Positions 11,790-24,901 are shown, counted from the first letter of the whole stretch. The stretch: 63,148 bases of DNA, filler included, from Pirum gemmata (GCA_002812295.1; 30 parts of 30 records of this genome joined end to end with filler, not necessarily neighbours in it), one strand, 5' to 3'. Notes: generated by a model from the letters alone, not told the origin. Numbers and translations: made by a program.

Positions 11790-14019
11790 CGAAATTTCGC
11801 ATCGCTTTGTCAAAGCATGTTGCAAAGGTTAACAAGTCAGTGCTGGTCGCGGTAGGGGTGCTGGGAATGGGCGCAGACGAGGTGATGTTGGTATCTACCA
11901 CTCTGGACACCAGGGTTAGGGATAGGGTTAGGGTTAGGGTTAGTCATCAACATCATCGCGTCCACGCCCACGCCCAGTACCAGGTATCACCACTGCGTCC
12001 GAACCCTTCGATATGGGTTTTGGGGCACATGAGATTATTAAGAGTGTATATACTGATCATACGTCTTTCACCCAATATTTTTAATACTTACAGAGTACGA
12101 AATCAATGGCTATTCGAAATAACTCTGAGGTTGAAACTCTATGTAGGGCTTTGGATTTGTATATCGAGGAAGGTAGGAGAGTTAGGGTTAGGGCTATAAA
12201 GTCCCCGGTGGTTCGTTTTTTGGTTCGATCTGATAACCGAGAGAGGCCATCACTACTATAAACCCGATCAGAAACCAGCGGAAAGCCATCTGCACCCACT
12301 TCATCATCATCCCCACCATTATTATCACCCGCCAGTTGCCGATGTAATAACCCAAACTCGAAATTAATTCTCCCCGTAGCAGACCAAACTCGGATACCAA
12401 CCCACCGATGACCGATACCATCTCTCCCCACCACCCTCACCAATACTACCCTTAGAGGCTGCACTACTCACCGCCTCGCCAGCCCCGTAAGATTCAACTC
12501 CACCAGAAATAGCCCCATCCTCAAAAACTACCGAACCCCCATGACATTATCCGAGTTTCCCTCATACTTTAGACCTAATGATGTTAGACCTATACTTAAA
12601 CAAGAGCTTTAAAATTCTTCACTTAATAAAACAAAGAAAAAAAGTATTCAAGACTTACATTTTGATTCGCAAGCTCCCCTATTTTTGCAGTTGAGGAAAT
12701 TAATTGGTTCTCAATACCCTATATGTTTTCGTTTTTTTTTATAATTTTGATACGAAATAATATATTAATAATAAAGTATCCTAATGCTAACAGTAATAAT
12801 AAACATTTTTTTAGTATTATATGTGTGTTGCCACCTTTGATGTTTATTGTTAATTATCCTTATTATTATTATTATTATTATTATCATCATCATCATCATC
12901 ATCATNNNNNNNNNNNNNNNNNNNNNNNNNNNNNNNNNNNNNNNNNNNNTTAATTAATTAANNNNNNNNNNNNNNNNNNNNNNNNNNNNNNNNNNNNNNN
13001 NNNNNAACCCCTGACCCCTAACCAACCCCTAACCCTAATCCTAACTCTTAACCCTAACCCCTAACCCCTAACCCCTAACCCCTAACGAACCCCTAACTCT
13101 TAATTCTAACTCTAATCTTGCTCTTACCCTTAATCCTAACCCTAACCCTAACCCTGTTTGATTAAATACATTAATTAAATCAAATATTTATATTTATATA
13201 TGTATCATGTGTGTGCGTGTGTATGTGTGTGTGTGTGTGTTTGTTGTTTTAGTTGGTTGTGGTTGTAGTTGTTTTTCAAATAAACGAAATGAGTAAAGAG
13301 AATAAATTATTTATCAATTATATTTTACTGTTTAATATTTTTTAGGCTCCTCTTGTGTCTGAGTGAAATTTTGAAGATAGCCCCTAATTAACTATTAATC
13401 TTATTGAACTTTTTTTTTTTTTCTCAAAAATTGTTTTCTGAATCTTTTTTATATTATTATAGTAGTGTGAGACAATAGTATAAGGAATATTGTTCAGTTA
13501 TGTAATTTGTATTAAAAAATCGAGTGCGTCCTTACTATGTACTGTGTACATTCTTTCCACTTCGAATTCTCTTCATACCACAAATTAAAAATTATCGAAA
13601 TATACAAATGCCCCACCGAGAAAAAAAAAAAAACAAGTTTGCAAAATCGAAAGTTGCACTAAAAAGTGTATAAAGTTACATAACAAAAGTAGTTAATGGT
13701 ATACATGGTACTCATGGATGTTTATTGTCAAAATATGACATCGAAATTTTTTGAAAATATATTGTTTTGTTTGGCTAAACATTTTCATGATCACCTTTTC
13801 TGTCTTGTTGTACTCGAATTATAAGCCCGAAACTATATTAGTCCGCATGGGTACGTATATATATGGCCCTTGGATGCCGTTTTATATTAAACAAACTAAA
13901 AATAACAATAATAATGAAATGAATTATTATGAGATATTTATTTTATTTTTTCGTTTTTTTCAAAAATCAATAGTACTAGTATTATTATATTATATTTTTT
14001 CATATTATTTTTTAAAAAT

Positions 14020-14610
14020 TTAACAAGCTGTAACACCGTCTCCTTTATGTACGGTATGTAACCCTTCGGCTGTTTTCTTTGGGGCATTTAAAGCTGTTTG
14101 CATAGCAACAGAGTCTGTTACCGCGATTCCTGCATCATTTGAAACTATAGTTTTATTCAAACCCTCAGCTGTTTTTTTCGGTGCATTTAAAGCAGTTTTC
14201 ATTGTAACTGAATCAATTACAGCAGTTCCAGATTCGTCAGAGACAACAGTTTTATTCAAGCCTTCAGATACCCTTTTAGGTGCATTTAGCGCTGTTTTCA
14301 TGCTAACAGAGTCTGTAACAGCTGTTCCAGATTCATTAGACACTACAGTTTTATTTAGACCTTCAGATACTCTTTTCGGTGCATTAAGAGCTGTTTTTAT
14401 AGAGATGGAATCAGTGACTGCAGTAGCTTTAGGTTTTGGGACGTGTTTCGCGCAATATACTTGTTGCTCGTGAATTCTGTGGGATCCTAAGGCCAAAGTA
14501 ACATCGCATTCTTTACATTTGAAGCAGATTTTATGGTACACCAATCCAACATCAATTTTTTCTGTTGGGTAAACAGTTTTGGTACATCTATTGCATTTTT
14601 TATTACTCAT
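14020..14610 (-). CDS. LimE-like single-LIM actin-binding protein with four 33-aa repeats (complete, intronless)
   Basis: LIM zinc finger C-x2-C...H-x2-CF-x-C-x2-C...YC-x2-H, followed by four TAVTDS..MKTALNAPKK..EGL repeats that match the post-LIM motif of Dictyostelium LimE as recalled. Confidence 0.88.
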   Translation of the reverse strand: MSNKKCNRCTKTVYPTEKIDVGLVYHKICFKCKECDVTLALGSHRIHEQQVYCAKHVPKPKATAVTDSISIKTALNAPKRVSEGLNKTVVSNESGTAVTDSVSMKTALNAPKRVSEGLNKTVVSDESGTAVIDSVTMKTALNAPKKTAEGLNKTIVSNDAGIAVTDSVAMQTALNAPKKTAEGLHTVHKGDGVTAC

Positions 14611-14746
14611 CTTTATATTTAGTTTATTTAATAAAATTTAGTGCCTGCTCTTTTTTTTAATAAATAGTATGAAGAAAATGTTATTATTATGATTATTACT
14701 ATAATAATGAATTATTTTAATTATTTTTATTTTTATTCATTGTTGT

Positions 14747-14869
<123 letters not shown>

Positions 14870-15040
14870 NNNNNNNNNNNNNNNNNNNNNNNNNNNNNNN
14901 NNNNNNNNNNNNNTTAATTAATTAANNNNNNNNNNNNNNNNNNNNNNNNNNNNNNNNNNNNNNNNNNNNCAACAATAATAACCATACAAAAATAAAATAA
15001 CCACACTTAATAATATCAACAAACAAAAATGATGAAATAC

Positions 15041-16287
15041 CTTCGTTCAGCTTTTATTATATTATTTTTTGCAATAATATAACTATCAGAATATATACCA
15101 TCATAAACAGGTTCCTCTTCCTCGAGTCCTTCTTTTACTCTTTCTTCTTGTATTTTTCTATGTTTAACATAATTAAAAACATTTAAAATTTGTCTAGCCC
15201 GACGTACACACTCTTCTGTTTTAGCCGCAAGTAACAAACACCCTTTTTAAAAAAATACAATATAATTTATATATTTACAAAAAAAAAAAAAAAAAAATTA
15301 AAAACGAAAATACCTCAACCTTAACCCTTAACCCTATCCTATCCCTATCCCTTAACCCTATCCCTTAACCCTATCTCTTAACCCAATCCCTTAACCCTAT
15401 CCTTAACCCAATCCCTTAACCCTATCCCTATCCCTAACTCTTAGCCCTAACCCTAACCCTAACCCTAACCCTAACCCTGAACCCTGACCCTAACCTTAAC
15501 AAAACAAAACAAAACAAAACAAAACAAAACAAAATAATAATATAATAATAATAATTCTGAAAATAATTACCAAGCGCATAATCTCGATAATCATTGAAAA
15601 CAAAAGACTTTTTGTAGTAGAATCTCTGAAACAATATTTGGGCGGAAGCTACGGCAACTTGTGGTAGTTTAAGTAACCGACCACAAACTTGAATCAACTC
15701 ACACCCTGATCAAGGAAAACAATAAGCCAAACAAAAAAAAGAAAGAGGGAAAAGAATCATTAGTAATAATAACAAAAACACCGAAATCGTAATAATGATT
15801 TTAATATAAAAATAAATAAAACATAAAAACAACGAACGTGCCAATAAAGTATAAAGTAATGACCTGTTAGCCTCAGCTGTATTTCTGCCTCCGAGTCAAT
15901 GCCATCTCGTTGAGTGGGAGTTTCTAAAAGTTGTTTATCGGGAAGTATTGTGTTTTCCAAACGCATAACAACATAATTGAAATTATTGATAGGCTTAGCT
16001 TTTTCTTTTTCTTTAACCTCATTTTCAACATTCTCATCGGTGGTGGTGGTAGTGGCACCGGCGGTGGTGGGGATATGAATGGATGAAGCAGGTGTTTTAG
16101 GGCCAGGGGTGGTGGTGGTGGTGGTAGATGAAGACGTGGGTGTGGAAGGTTTGCTATTGGCAACGTCAGCAACATTTGAATTTTTCATTTCCAATTTTTT
16201 CTTTTTCTCAACGTCAGCATCATCACTTTTCGTTACACCATTTTCTTTTTTAATAACAGATTTAAGTATTTTGTCATCCTGTGGCAT
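15041..16287 (-). CDS. CCNL1: Cyclin L, 5' three exons (16287-15864, 15705-15571, 15242-15041); 3' end on another contig
   Basis: The spliced peptide [55 protein letters not shown]...[27 protein letters not shown]...[10 protein letters not shown] is a cyclin L box. GT-AG sites are phase-consistent. Confidence 0.93.
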
Positions 16288-17980
16288 TGTGTAGTGTTGG
16301 TAATAATAAAATACGCTTTTCGCTAACAAAAAACTTCTTAAAGTACAAGGTAATAATGTGGTGATGAAGTTAATTAAACAATGCTAATTGTGTTCTTTGC
16401 TCTGTCGTTATACCAATTTTACTCTCTTCTCGTTGAATTTTAAAAATGATAAGTTTAACAACTGCACCAACAAATAAAAAAAAAATGGAGGCAAAAGGAC
16501 TACATATAACTACATATAACAATAAAAGGTGGCAAAAACTTAATGTTAATTGTGTTCTTTGTTATTTTACTCTCGTCATTGAATTTTTAAATTTGACAAT
16601 TTTAATACCTAACCCTAACCTTTGACAATTTTAATACGTACACCAAAATAAAATATAAGGTCAAATAGAAAAAAAGAAATAAAGAAAGAAAGGGGTGGAG
16701 GGAGAGGTAACAAACAAAACTGAAAACGAAGGTTGAGCAACGAAGATAGCTTTAACAATAATACTATAATAAAAATAAATTCAAAATGAAGGAGAATCGG
16801 CAATAATAGCTATAACAATAGTGTAAATAAAAAAAATAAATAAATAATAATAATAATAAATAATAAATNNNNNNNNNNNNNNNNNNNNNNNNNNNNNNNN
16901 NNNNNNNNNNNNTTAATTAATTAANNNNNNNNNNNNNNNNNNNNNNNNNNNNNNNNNNNNNNNNNNNNCTAACCCCTCACCCTCAACTAACCCTAACCCT
17001 AATACTAATACTACTACTAACCCTAATCTTAACTCTAACTCTAACTCTAACTCTAACCCTAGCCCTAACCCTAACCCTAACCCTAACCCTAACCCTAACC
17101 CTAACCCTAACCCTAACCCTAATTCCTAACTCTAATCCTAATTATAACCCTAACCCACAACCAATGCTAACACCAGTCCTAAACGGTCCTAACCCCTTAC
17201 ACTCCCTGAACCTAATATATCTGTAGTAATTATAAGTAAGCAAGACATATTATATTGATTATGAATTATACTACTAGTACTGTTATTTAATTACAAAAAC
17301 ATTAAATTTTGTTAATTTTATAATTAAACATATTTATTTTATTCATTAAAATAATATTTTGTTGAATGTTTATTTTATTTTTTTAGTTTATTTTGTGTGC
17401 TGTTAATAACGTTGTTGTTAAAAAAAGTATAAATATATAAACTTTTAAAACTCTATATTTTCAAAAGTATACGCTAATTTTTTAATATTTCCAATTTATA
17501 GTAGTACGAGCATTGAGTATTGATGATAACAGTTAAAATCGATAATAATACTAGAGGTAGAAGAAACAGAAGCTAACTAAATATAAGTCGTAAAAAATAT
17601 CAAGAACAATTACACACAGAGGATTACAATATGTTCCTGGTATTAAGTTCTGAGTGACCAGGTCACAGAGACACCAGCGTCATCTTCTTTGATGAGCAAA
17701 TATATATAATAAATAAAGAAAAAAATAAATAAAAAAAAATAAATAATATTAATGCTATATGATCCTATTATATCACGAAATGGATTAAAAAACTTTAGCT
17801 AGATGAAAATAAAAGATTAAAAATATCGATAGATAATGATATTGAAAAAATGGAAATTAAAGAAAAAATTGAAAATAATTTAGAACAAAATAGAGAAATT
17901 GAGAATGAAGAAGATCAAAATGAAAAAAATTGGTCTAAAAATTATATAAAGAAATTAAAGAAAATTGCAACTAAATGAAG

Positions 17981-18045
<65 letters not shown>

Positions 18046-18734
18046 AGCGCTACTACTACTACTATATATAAAAACAGTGCTACTACTACTACTACTACTA
18101 CTAATATTAATACTACTACTACTAGTACTACCACTACTACTAGTATCGTTTATTTCATTACAGTTGTCCTCTCAATCTTTAATTCGGTACTGTTTAAGTG
18201 TATAATTGAACTTGTTTATAAATAAAATACTAAGTATAAAATACCAAAATAATTGAAACATGCATATGTCTGATAGTTTAACCATAATAATAATTTGAAA
18301 CGTTTATTTCAGTTTTTGAACTGGACAAGACCATGGAAAAGCACGATGGTAGTAGTAATATAGAAACATTAATATTGGTAGTAGTAGTAGTAATCGCCTA
18401 TTAGTAATCGCAGTAGTATATATACGTAAAAAATATTAATATAGTCCATGCATAATAATAATTTGGGTTCATTAATGTGATGTTCACGGTGTTCCTCTGA
18501 AGTTTGCAGGATGCCCGCTTTCATTAATTTATTAATAAGTTTCGGTCGATTACATTCCCTTGTGTGTTGAATGCGATGATGATAGTTGGAAATTGGAATA
18601 AATTATTACAAGATAAAAAACCAAAGATTTTTTTGCAAAAAATTCCAGTGTTTGAATAGTTTGAAACTTTGAATACTAAAAAAATCCAGATACTCATTTT
18701 GATCCCTGTATACAGTAAGTATACAGTATATATC

Positions 18735-18868
18735 GAAAAAAAAACGATTTTTGATTTATCGAAAAAAATCGATATTTGGTTTGAGAATTTCGATATTTAT
18801 TGAAAAAATCGATATTTGGTTTGAGAATTTCGATATTTATCGAAAAATATCGATATTGGTTTGAGAAT
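18735..18868 (+). repeat. ~41-bp tandem repeat (x3), possible transposon subterminal repeat
   Basis: ATCGAAAAAAATCGATATTTGGTTTGAGAATTTCGATATTT repeated up to the contig end. Confidence 0.75.
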
Positions 18869-18984
18869 NNNNNNNNNNNNNNNNNNNNNNNNNNNNNNNN
18901 NNNNNNNNNNNNTTAATTAATTAANNNNNNNNNNNNNNNNNNNNNNNNNNNNNNNNNNNNNNNNNNNNTGATACTACGATATAA

Positions 18985-19365
18985 GGGAGCGCGTTCAAAT
19001 ACTACGTAACGCCAATTTCTGGTCAAATACAGCTTCAAATACCCCTACCTACCTACCTACCCTACTTCCTACCCTCGACGTTAATAATATCCGGTCAAAT
19101 GCCACCACCTAGCTAGCTAGAACTTACCTACCCCTTGACATAACTAATATCATAAAATAATAATAATAAAATGGTAGTAATATACACCCCGGTCTAATCA
19201 AGATAGACTGGACTTAGATCTTCAAAAGGGAGCGTTCAAATAATACGTCACGTCAAGGGGTAGGTAGGTAGGTGGCATTTGCCCGGAAATTAACGTCGAG
19301 GGGTAGGTAGGGAGGGTATTTGAAGCAGTATTTGACTGGAAATTGGCGTTACGTAGTATTTGACT
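18985..19365. mobile_element. Two family C MITE copies in opposite orientations (18985-~19145 and 19228-~19365)
   Basis: GGGAGCG.GTTCAAATACTACGTAACGCCAATTTCTGGTCAAATACAGCTTCAAATACCC, and its reverse complement downstream. Confidence 0.78.
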
Positions 19366-19546
19366 GGAACCTCGCTAGTATCTCTAGTATCCCACCCTCT
19401 AGCCCCTACCAGCGTAGGTTAGGCCTAGCTAGTGTTAGGGCTATTAGGGCTGGTTAGGGTAGGTTATTAGGGTTATGGTATAGGGTTGTTAGGGGGGGGT
19501 TTAAAGGATTAGATCTAGTCTATTTTTTTTTTTTTTTTTTTAACAG

Positions 19547-19763
19547 CTAAGCCGGAATAATGGCGGTTAGTATTTTTTTTTTTACTTTTTTTATAATAAC
19601 TAGCCAAATTATGGTTAAAAACTAGCAATTGGTTCATAATAGATTTTCTTAAGTTAAATAATTTCTTAAATTTTGGTAGTACTGTTATTAAAATTGGATA
19701 CTTTTAAGATATTTTGGATTTTTGAGCTCTTATGGCGGATGTCACCATTTTTATCCGGCTTGG
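19547..19763 (+). mobile_element. MITE family F (AAGCCGG...CCGGCTT TIR)
   Basis: The body CTAGC.ATTGGTTCATAATAGA.TTTTCTTA...GGATTTTTG.GCTC is shared with 20093-20328 and 58335-58480. Confidence 0.65.
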
Positions 19764-19806
19764 TATCTGATAGTTAAAAAACAATTTTATTATTTATAAA
19801 TAGATC

Positions 19807-20015
19807 AGGAGGGATGACATCCCCTTTGGCAGAAATTTGGAGATAGGTTACAAAAGGAATTGTGATGGCAAAAAATTATTACTTAAAATAGATATTTATA
19901 TCCTTAAAATAGTAGTTTATTATATTAAGTATTACTATTAATAGTTGTAAGCTAACTTTTTATAGTAATTAAAGTCAAATTTTCAATTTTTGCCATACTT
20001 GCCATACCCTCTCCT
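19807..20015 (+). mobile_element. MITE with family B-type ends (AGGAG...CTCCT) and 8-bp TSD
   Basis: TSD AATAGATC at 19799-19806 and 20016-20023. Confidence 0.75.
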
Positions 20016-20092
20016 AATAGATCCTAGCTAGTAGCTATCCTAGTTTATTTATTTTTTAAAAATATATTGAAGTATATTTTTTTTTTTTTTTG

Positions 20093-20328
20093 CCAAGCCG
20101 GGTAAAATTGTATTCATTTTTTTCTTTTTTTTTAAAAGCTTCTTTTCTAAAAAAAACGTTTAATCCTAACTAGTCAAATAAAGTTTAAAAACTAGCCATT
20201 GGTTCATAATAGAGTTTTCTTAGTTATATTATTTATAACATTTTGGTAGTACTTCCATTAAAATTGGTTCTTTTTGTGATTTTCGGATTTTTGGGCTCAT
20301 ATGGATGTCACCATTTTATCCGGCTTGG
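20093..20328 (+). mobile_element. MITE family F copy
   Basis: CCAAGCCGGGTAAAAT ... ATTTTATCCGGCTTGG terminal inverted repeat. Confidence 0.7.
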
Positions 20329-21369
20329 TAATTAAAAAAAATACTAAATAAATAATATGAATAATAAATGAATAAATGAATAAACGAATAAATGAATAAA
20401 TAATAAATAAATGAATAAATGAATAAATGAATAAATAAAAAATAACAGAGAAATAAACTAAAATAAAGTAAATAATTTTTTTTTATTATTATCGTCGCCA
20501 TTTTCTATTTTGTTTTATTTTATTATTTTATTTTTGGTGTTAGGCTTAAAAAAATGTTTGCAAGGAATACATTGAGAAAAGGGTTCATTGGTAAATTTTT
20601 ATGTAATAGAACTGCAACACGAAAGGTATTTTAATAATTTTTTATATCATTATTCTCATTGTGGTGGTGGTGGTAGTAATATGGGTTGTATTGGTGGTAC
20701 TGGCGATCAAAAAAGGTAGTATGGGTTGTAGTAGTATCGAAAAGGGTAGCGTGGGTTGTAGTAATATGTTAGGGTTAGGGTTAAGGTTAGGGTTACGGTT
20801 AGGTTAGGGTTACGGTTAGGGTTAGGGTTAGGGTNNNNNNNNNNNNNNNNNNNNNNNNNNNNNNNNNNNNNNNNNNNNTTAATTAATTAANNNNNNNNNN
20901 NNNNNNNNNNNNNNNNNNNNNNNNNNNNNNNNNNGGGTTAGGGTTAGGGTTAGGGTTAGGGTTAGGGTTAGGCTAAAAAGGTCAAGGTTAGTTAGGGGAC
21001 ACTAAAGTCTACGAAGTCATTATTTTCACTTATTTTCCTTGTAATATGAATAATAAGAAAAAAATTTGAGGTAAAGATTTTAGATGTTATAAAAAAGAGT
21101 TGTTGATAGTTTGTTATTTATTATAAGGGTTAGAATTATTATCAGAGGTTATTATTATTAAGGGTATTATAAACAATAGTTTATACAACCCAATCCAACC
21201 CAACCCGCATTCTACCCATAGACTAGCTTGTTTTACAGTGTTTTACTGATGACCTGGTTTTTCCCCTAGCTAGTCTAGCTAGCTAGCTAGCTAGAGAGCT
21301 TGGTAGCTAGTCTAGCTAGAGTAGTCTATCGATAAACTCGAATTTTTTCTTTGGCTCGTTATTATTATG

Positions 21370-21502
21370 GGAGATACGGGAAAATATATTCGAACCAAAC
21401 AGCTCGTTCATAAAATATAAAAATGAGCCAATACTTAAAATTAGATCGAAAATTTCGAAAATTTCGAACTGGTCTCGATTCGATGGGTTTTCCCACATCT
21501 CC
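21370..21502 (+). mobile_element. MITE family D, internally deleted
   Basis: ATG|GGAGATACGGGAAAA ... TTTTCCCACATCTCC|ATG. Confidence 0.75.
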
Positions 21503-21636
21503 ATGCTCACTCGCTAGCTAATAGGATAGCTCATATCGAATAGCTCTCTATAGCTCGACTTCGGTTAGACTAGCTAGCTAGCTAGCTAGTAGGGTTCTTA
21601 GACACTTTTAAAATTAATATTATAAATGGTTTTAAA

Positions 21637-22041
21637 AGGTTAAGGTTAAGGTTAAGGTTAAGGTTAAGGCAGGTTAAGGTTAAGGTTAAGGTTAAGGCAG
21701 GTTAAGGTTAAGGTTAAGGTTAAGGCAGTTTAAGGTTAAGGTTAAGGTTAAGGCAGGTTAAGGTTAAGGTTAAGGTTAAGGCAGGTTAAGGTTAAGGTTA
21801 AGGTTAAGGCAGGTTAAGGTTAAGGTTAAGGCAGGTTAAGGTTAAGGTTAAGTCAGGTTAAGGTTAAGGTTAAGGTTAAGGCAGNTAAGGTTAAGGTTAA
21901 GGTTAAGTCAGGTTAAGGTTAAGGTTAAGGTTAAGGCAGGTTAAGGTTAAGGTTAAGGTTAAGGTTAAGGCAGGTTAAGGTTAAGGTTAAGGTTAAGGTT
22001 AAGGTTAAGGTTAAGGTTAAGGTTAATTAAGGCAGGTTAAG
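21637..22041 (+). repeat. (GGTTAA)n satellite with periodic GGCA interruptions
   Basis: Mostly 3-5 GGTTAA units followed by GGCA, repeated. Confidence 0.92.
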
Positions 22042-22098
22042 CTGTTCTAGAGGGTTAGAGAGAGGAGCTGGGTTAGGTTTATGTAGGTGTAATAGTTA

Positions 22099-22247
22099 GG
22101 GAGCATTCAAATACTACGTAACACCCATTTCCTGTCAAATACAGCTTCAAATACCCCTACCTACCTACCCCTCGACATTAATTATTTCCGTCAAATACCA
22201 CCTACCTACCTACCCTTTGACGTGACGTATTATTTGATCCCCCCCCC
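22099..22247 (+). mobile_element. Family C Tourist-like MITE, uninterrupted
   Basis: TTA|GGGAGCATTCAAATACTACGTAAC ... GTGACGTATTATTTGATCCCCCCCCC|TTA. Confidence 0.8.
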
Positions 22248-22348
22248 TTATAAAATTAGTTATAAATAATAATTACTTATGGGTATTTAGAAATATGATA
22301 TCTGATACTGATAAAATACAAACTAGACCCATTCGATCGTGGTTTCGT

Positions 22349-22571
22349 TTGTCCAGTTCAAAAACTGAAATAAACATACTATGGTTAAAAGCTATCAGAC
22401 ATGTTTTAATTAATTTGGTATTATTCCTCTCTATCTTTAATTTGGCACTGTTTAATCGTATAATTGAGCTTTTTATAAAATAAAACATTACTTTTAAAGT
22501 ATCTAATTAATTAAAACATGCCCGATTAAGTATAATTTGGTAAATTTTATTTCAGTTTTTGAAGTGGACAA
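22349..22571 (+). mobile_element. MITE family E (~225 bp)
   Basis: TIR TTGTCCAGTTCAAAAACTGAAATAAA / TTTATTTCAGTTTTTGAAGTGGACAA. Related pieces at 18160-18330, 47860-48012 and 52165-52240. Confidence 0.78.
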
Positions 22572-22591
22572 CACTTTTTTATTGTCATATC

Positions 22592-22773
22592 GTGCTTTTC
22601 AGTTGTTTTGTCATCTTAAAAAAAATATTATATTAGTACCAAATTAATACAATATAAGTCCATTTTATTTTATTTGGTATGTTTTATTATATATTTATTT
22701 TTTTAAAAGTATCAATTTAAATATTATAAGCTACCAAATAAATATTCAGAGTGACAAAATAAATGAAAAGCAC
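22592..22773 (-). mobile_element. MITE family A copy
   Basis: 22-bp TIR with 2 mismatches: GTGCTTTTCAGTTGTTTTGTCA / TGACAAAATAAATGAAAAGCAC. Confidence 0.85.
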
Positions 22774-23072
22774 AATATAGTAGTAGAGGAACTATTTNNN
22801 NNNNNNNNNNNNNNNNNNNNNNNNNNNNNNNNNNNNNNNNNTTAATTAATTAANNNNNNNNNNNNNNNNNNNNNNNNNNNNNNNNNNNNNNNNNNNNAAC
22901 GTAAACAATACAATACAATACAATACAATACAATACAATACAATACAATACAATACAATACAATACAATACAATACAATACAATACAACACAACACAGCA
23001 CAATACAATACAATACAAAGCAATACAACACAACAAAACACAATACAGCACAATACAAAACAATACAAAACA

Positions 23073-23680
23073 ACACAATAAAACCATATAACTATAAATA
23101 AAATAAAAGATCATCCTATTTACACAGTCTGCGGTATCTACATCAACCGTGATCCGCATATTCGCCGTTTTTTGCGCTAGATTAATAACCCTAACCCTAA
23201 CCCTAACCCTAACCCTAACCCTAACCCTAACCCTAACTCTAACTCTAACCCTAGCCCTAACCCTAACCCTAACCCTAACTCTAACCCTAACTCTNACCCT
23301 AACCCTAACCCTAACCCTAACCCTAACCCTAACTCTAACTCTAACCCTAGCCCTAACCCTAACCCTAACCCTAACTCTAACCCTAACTCTAACTCTGACC
23401 CTAACTCTACCCCTAACTCTGACCCTAACCCTAACCCTAACCCTAACCCTAACCCTAACCCTAACCCTAACCCTAACCCTAACCCCAACCCTAACCCTAA
23501 CCCTAACCCTAACCCTAACCATAACCCTAACCCTAACCCTAACCCTAAATACAACACAATAAAACCATATAACTACAAATAAAATAAAAGACCATTCTAT
23601 TAAGGCCATCTGCGGTGTCTACATCAACCATAACTCGCATATTCGCCGTTTTTTGCGCTTGGTTAATTACAGAATTCCTA
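23073..23680 (-). CDS. Pair of tandemly duplicated small exons separated by a (TTAGGG)n intron
   Basis: The two copies (23073-23187 and 23553-23667) translate as NQAQKTANMRVMVDVDTADGLNRM and NLAQKTANMRITVDVDTADCVNRM, with several synonymous differences. Confidence 0.45.
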
Positions 23681-23769
23681 ACCCTAACATTCCTACCATG
23701 TATCATATTCATAAGTCTCTCACCCTCTTGTTTTAATAAATCTCTATATTAAATTAAACAATTGATTAG

Positions 23770-24480
23770 GTATGGTTATGGTTATGGTTGTGGCTATGAT
23801 GATTATGGTTATGATTATGGTTATGGTTATGGTTATGGCTATGGTTATGGTTATGGTTATGGTTATGTTTATATGGTTATATGGTTATATGGTTATATGG
23901 TTATATGGTTATATGGTTATATGGTTATATGGTTATATGGTTATATGGTTATATGGTTATATGGTTATATGGTTACGGGTATGTGGTTATGATTATGGTT
24001 ATGGTTATGGTTATGGCTATGGTTATGATTATGGTTATGGTTATGGTTATGGTTGTGGTTATGGTAATGGTTATGGTTATGGTTATGGTTATGGTTATGG
24101 TTATGCTTATGCTTATGCTTATGGTTATGGTTATGGTTATGGTTATGGTTATGGTTATGATGGTGCTGAGTTGGTAGTGCTGATAAATATGGTGGTTGTG
24201 GTGGTGGGTGTGATGCTTATAGGCTTATGATTATAATAATGATTATGATTATGATTATGATTATGATTATGATTATGATTATGATTATGTTTATGATTAT
24301 GTTTATTATGATTATGATTATGATTATGATTGATTATGAATATGATTATGATTATGATTGTTTATGACTGTGATTATGATTGTGATTATGATTGGGATTG
24401 TGATTGTGAATGATTATGATAATGATTATGATTATGATTATGATTATGATTGTGATTGTGATTGTGATTGTGATTGTGAA
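23770..24480 (+). repeat. (GGTTAT)n, (GGTTATAT)n and (GATTAT)n satellites
   Basis: Successive blocks of related 6-8-mers. Confidence 0.9.
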
Positions 24481-24543
24481 TATGATTTATTATTATTATG
24501 ATTATATAAATAAAAACAACAAAACGAGTGAAAATAATAATAC

Positions 24544-24705
24544 ATTTCTATATTTGCTCTCATATGAACATCATCAATCAAATTCTCTTCTCGTTGCCGC
24601 AGCGCATTTACTAATGTCTGCGTTATTGCGCTCACATTTTCGCAAACTTGTTCGCTTTGTGTTTTCATTTCTATACATCTTTGTTTTATATGGGAATCTA
24701 ATTTC
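24544..24705 (-). CDS. Internal exon encoding a coiled coil of B-box C-terminal (TRIM/BBC) type
   Basis: tag|G AAA TTA ... GAA AT|gtatt, 162 nt, symmetric phase. Peptide SEQVCENVSAITQTLVNALRQREENLIDDV. Confidence 0.55.
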
Positions 24706-24870
24706 CTATTTAGGTTTAAGTTTAGGTTTAGGTTTAAGTTTAGGGTTTAGGGTTTAGGGTTTAGGGTTTNNNNNNNNNNNNNNNNNNNNNNNNNNNNNNN
24801 NNNNNNNNNNNNNTTAATTAATTAANNNNNNNNNNNNNNNNNNNNNNNNNNNNNNNNNNNNNNNNNNNNG

Positions 24871-24901
<31 letters not shown>

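Noticed and set aside
11807..12612. GC-richer segment with overlapping ORFs on both strands
   Set aside because: No recognisable domain and no consistent exon model. It may be a decayed element, but I cannot support a call.
17745..17978. Coding-like E/K/N-rich stretch (DNDIEKMEIKEKIENNLEQNREIENEEDQNEKNWSKNY)
   Set aside because: Interrupted by stops, has no start or splice support, and has no recognisable family.
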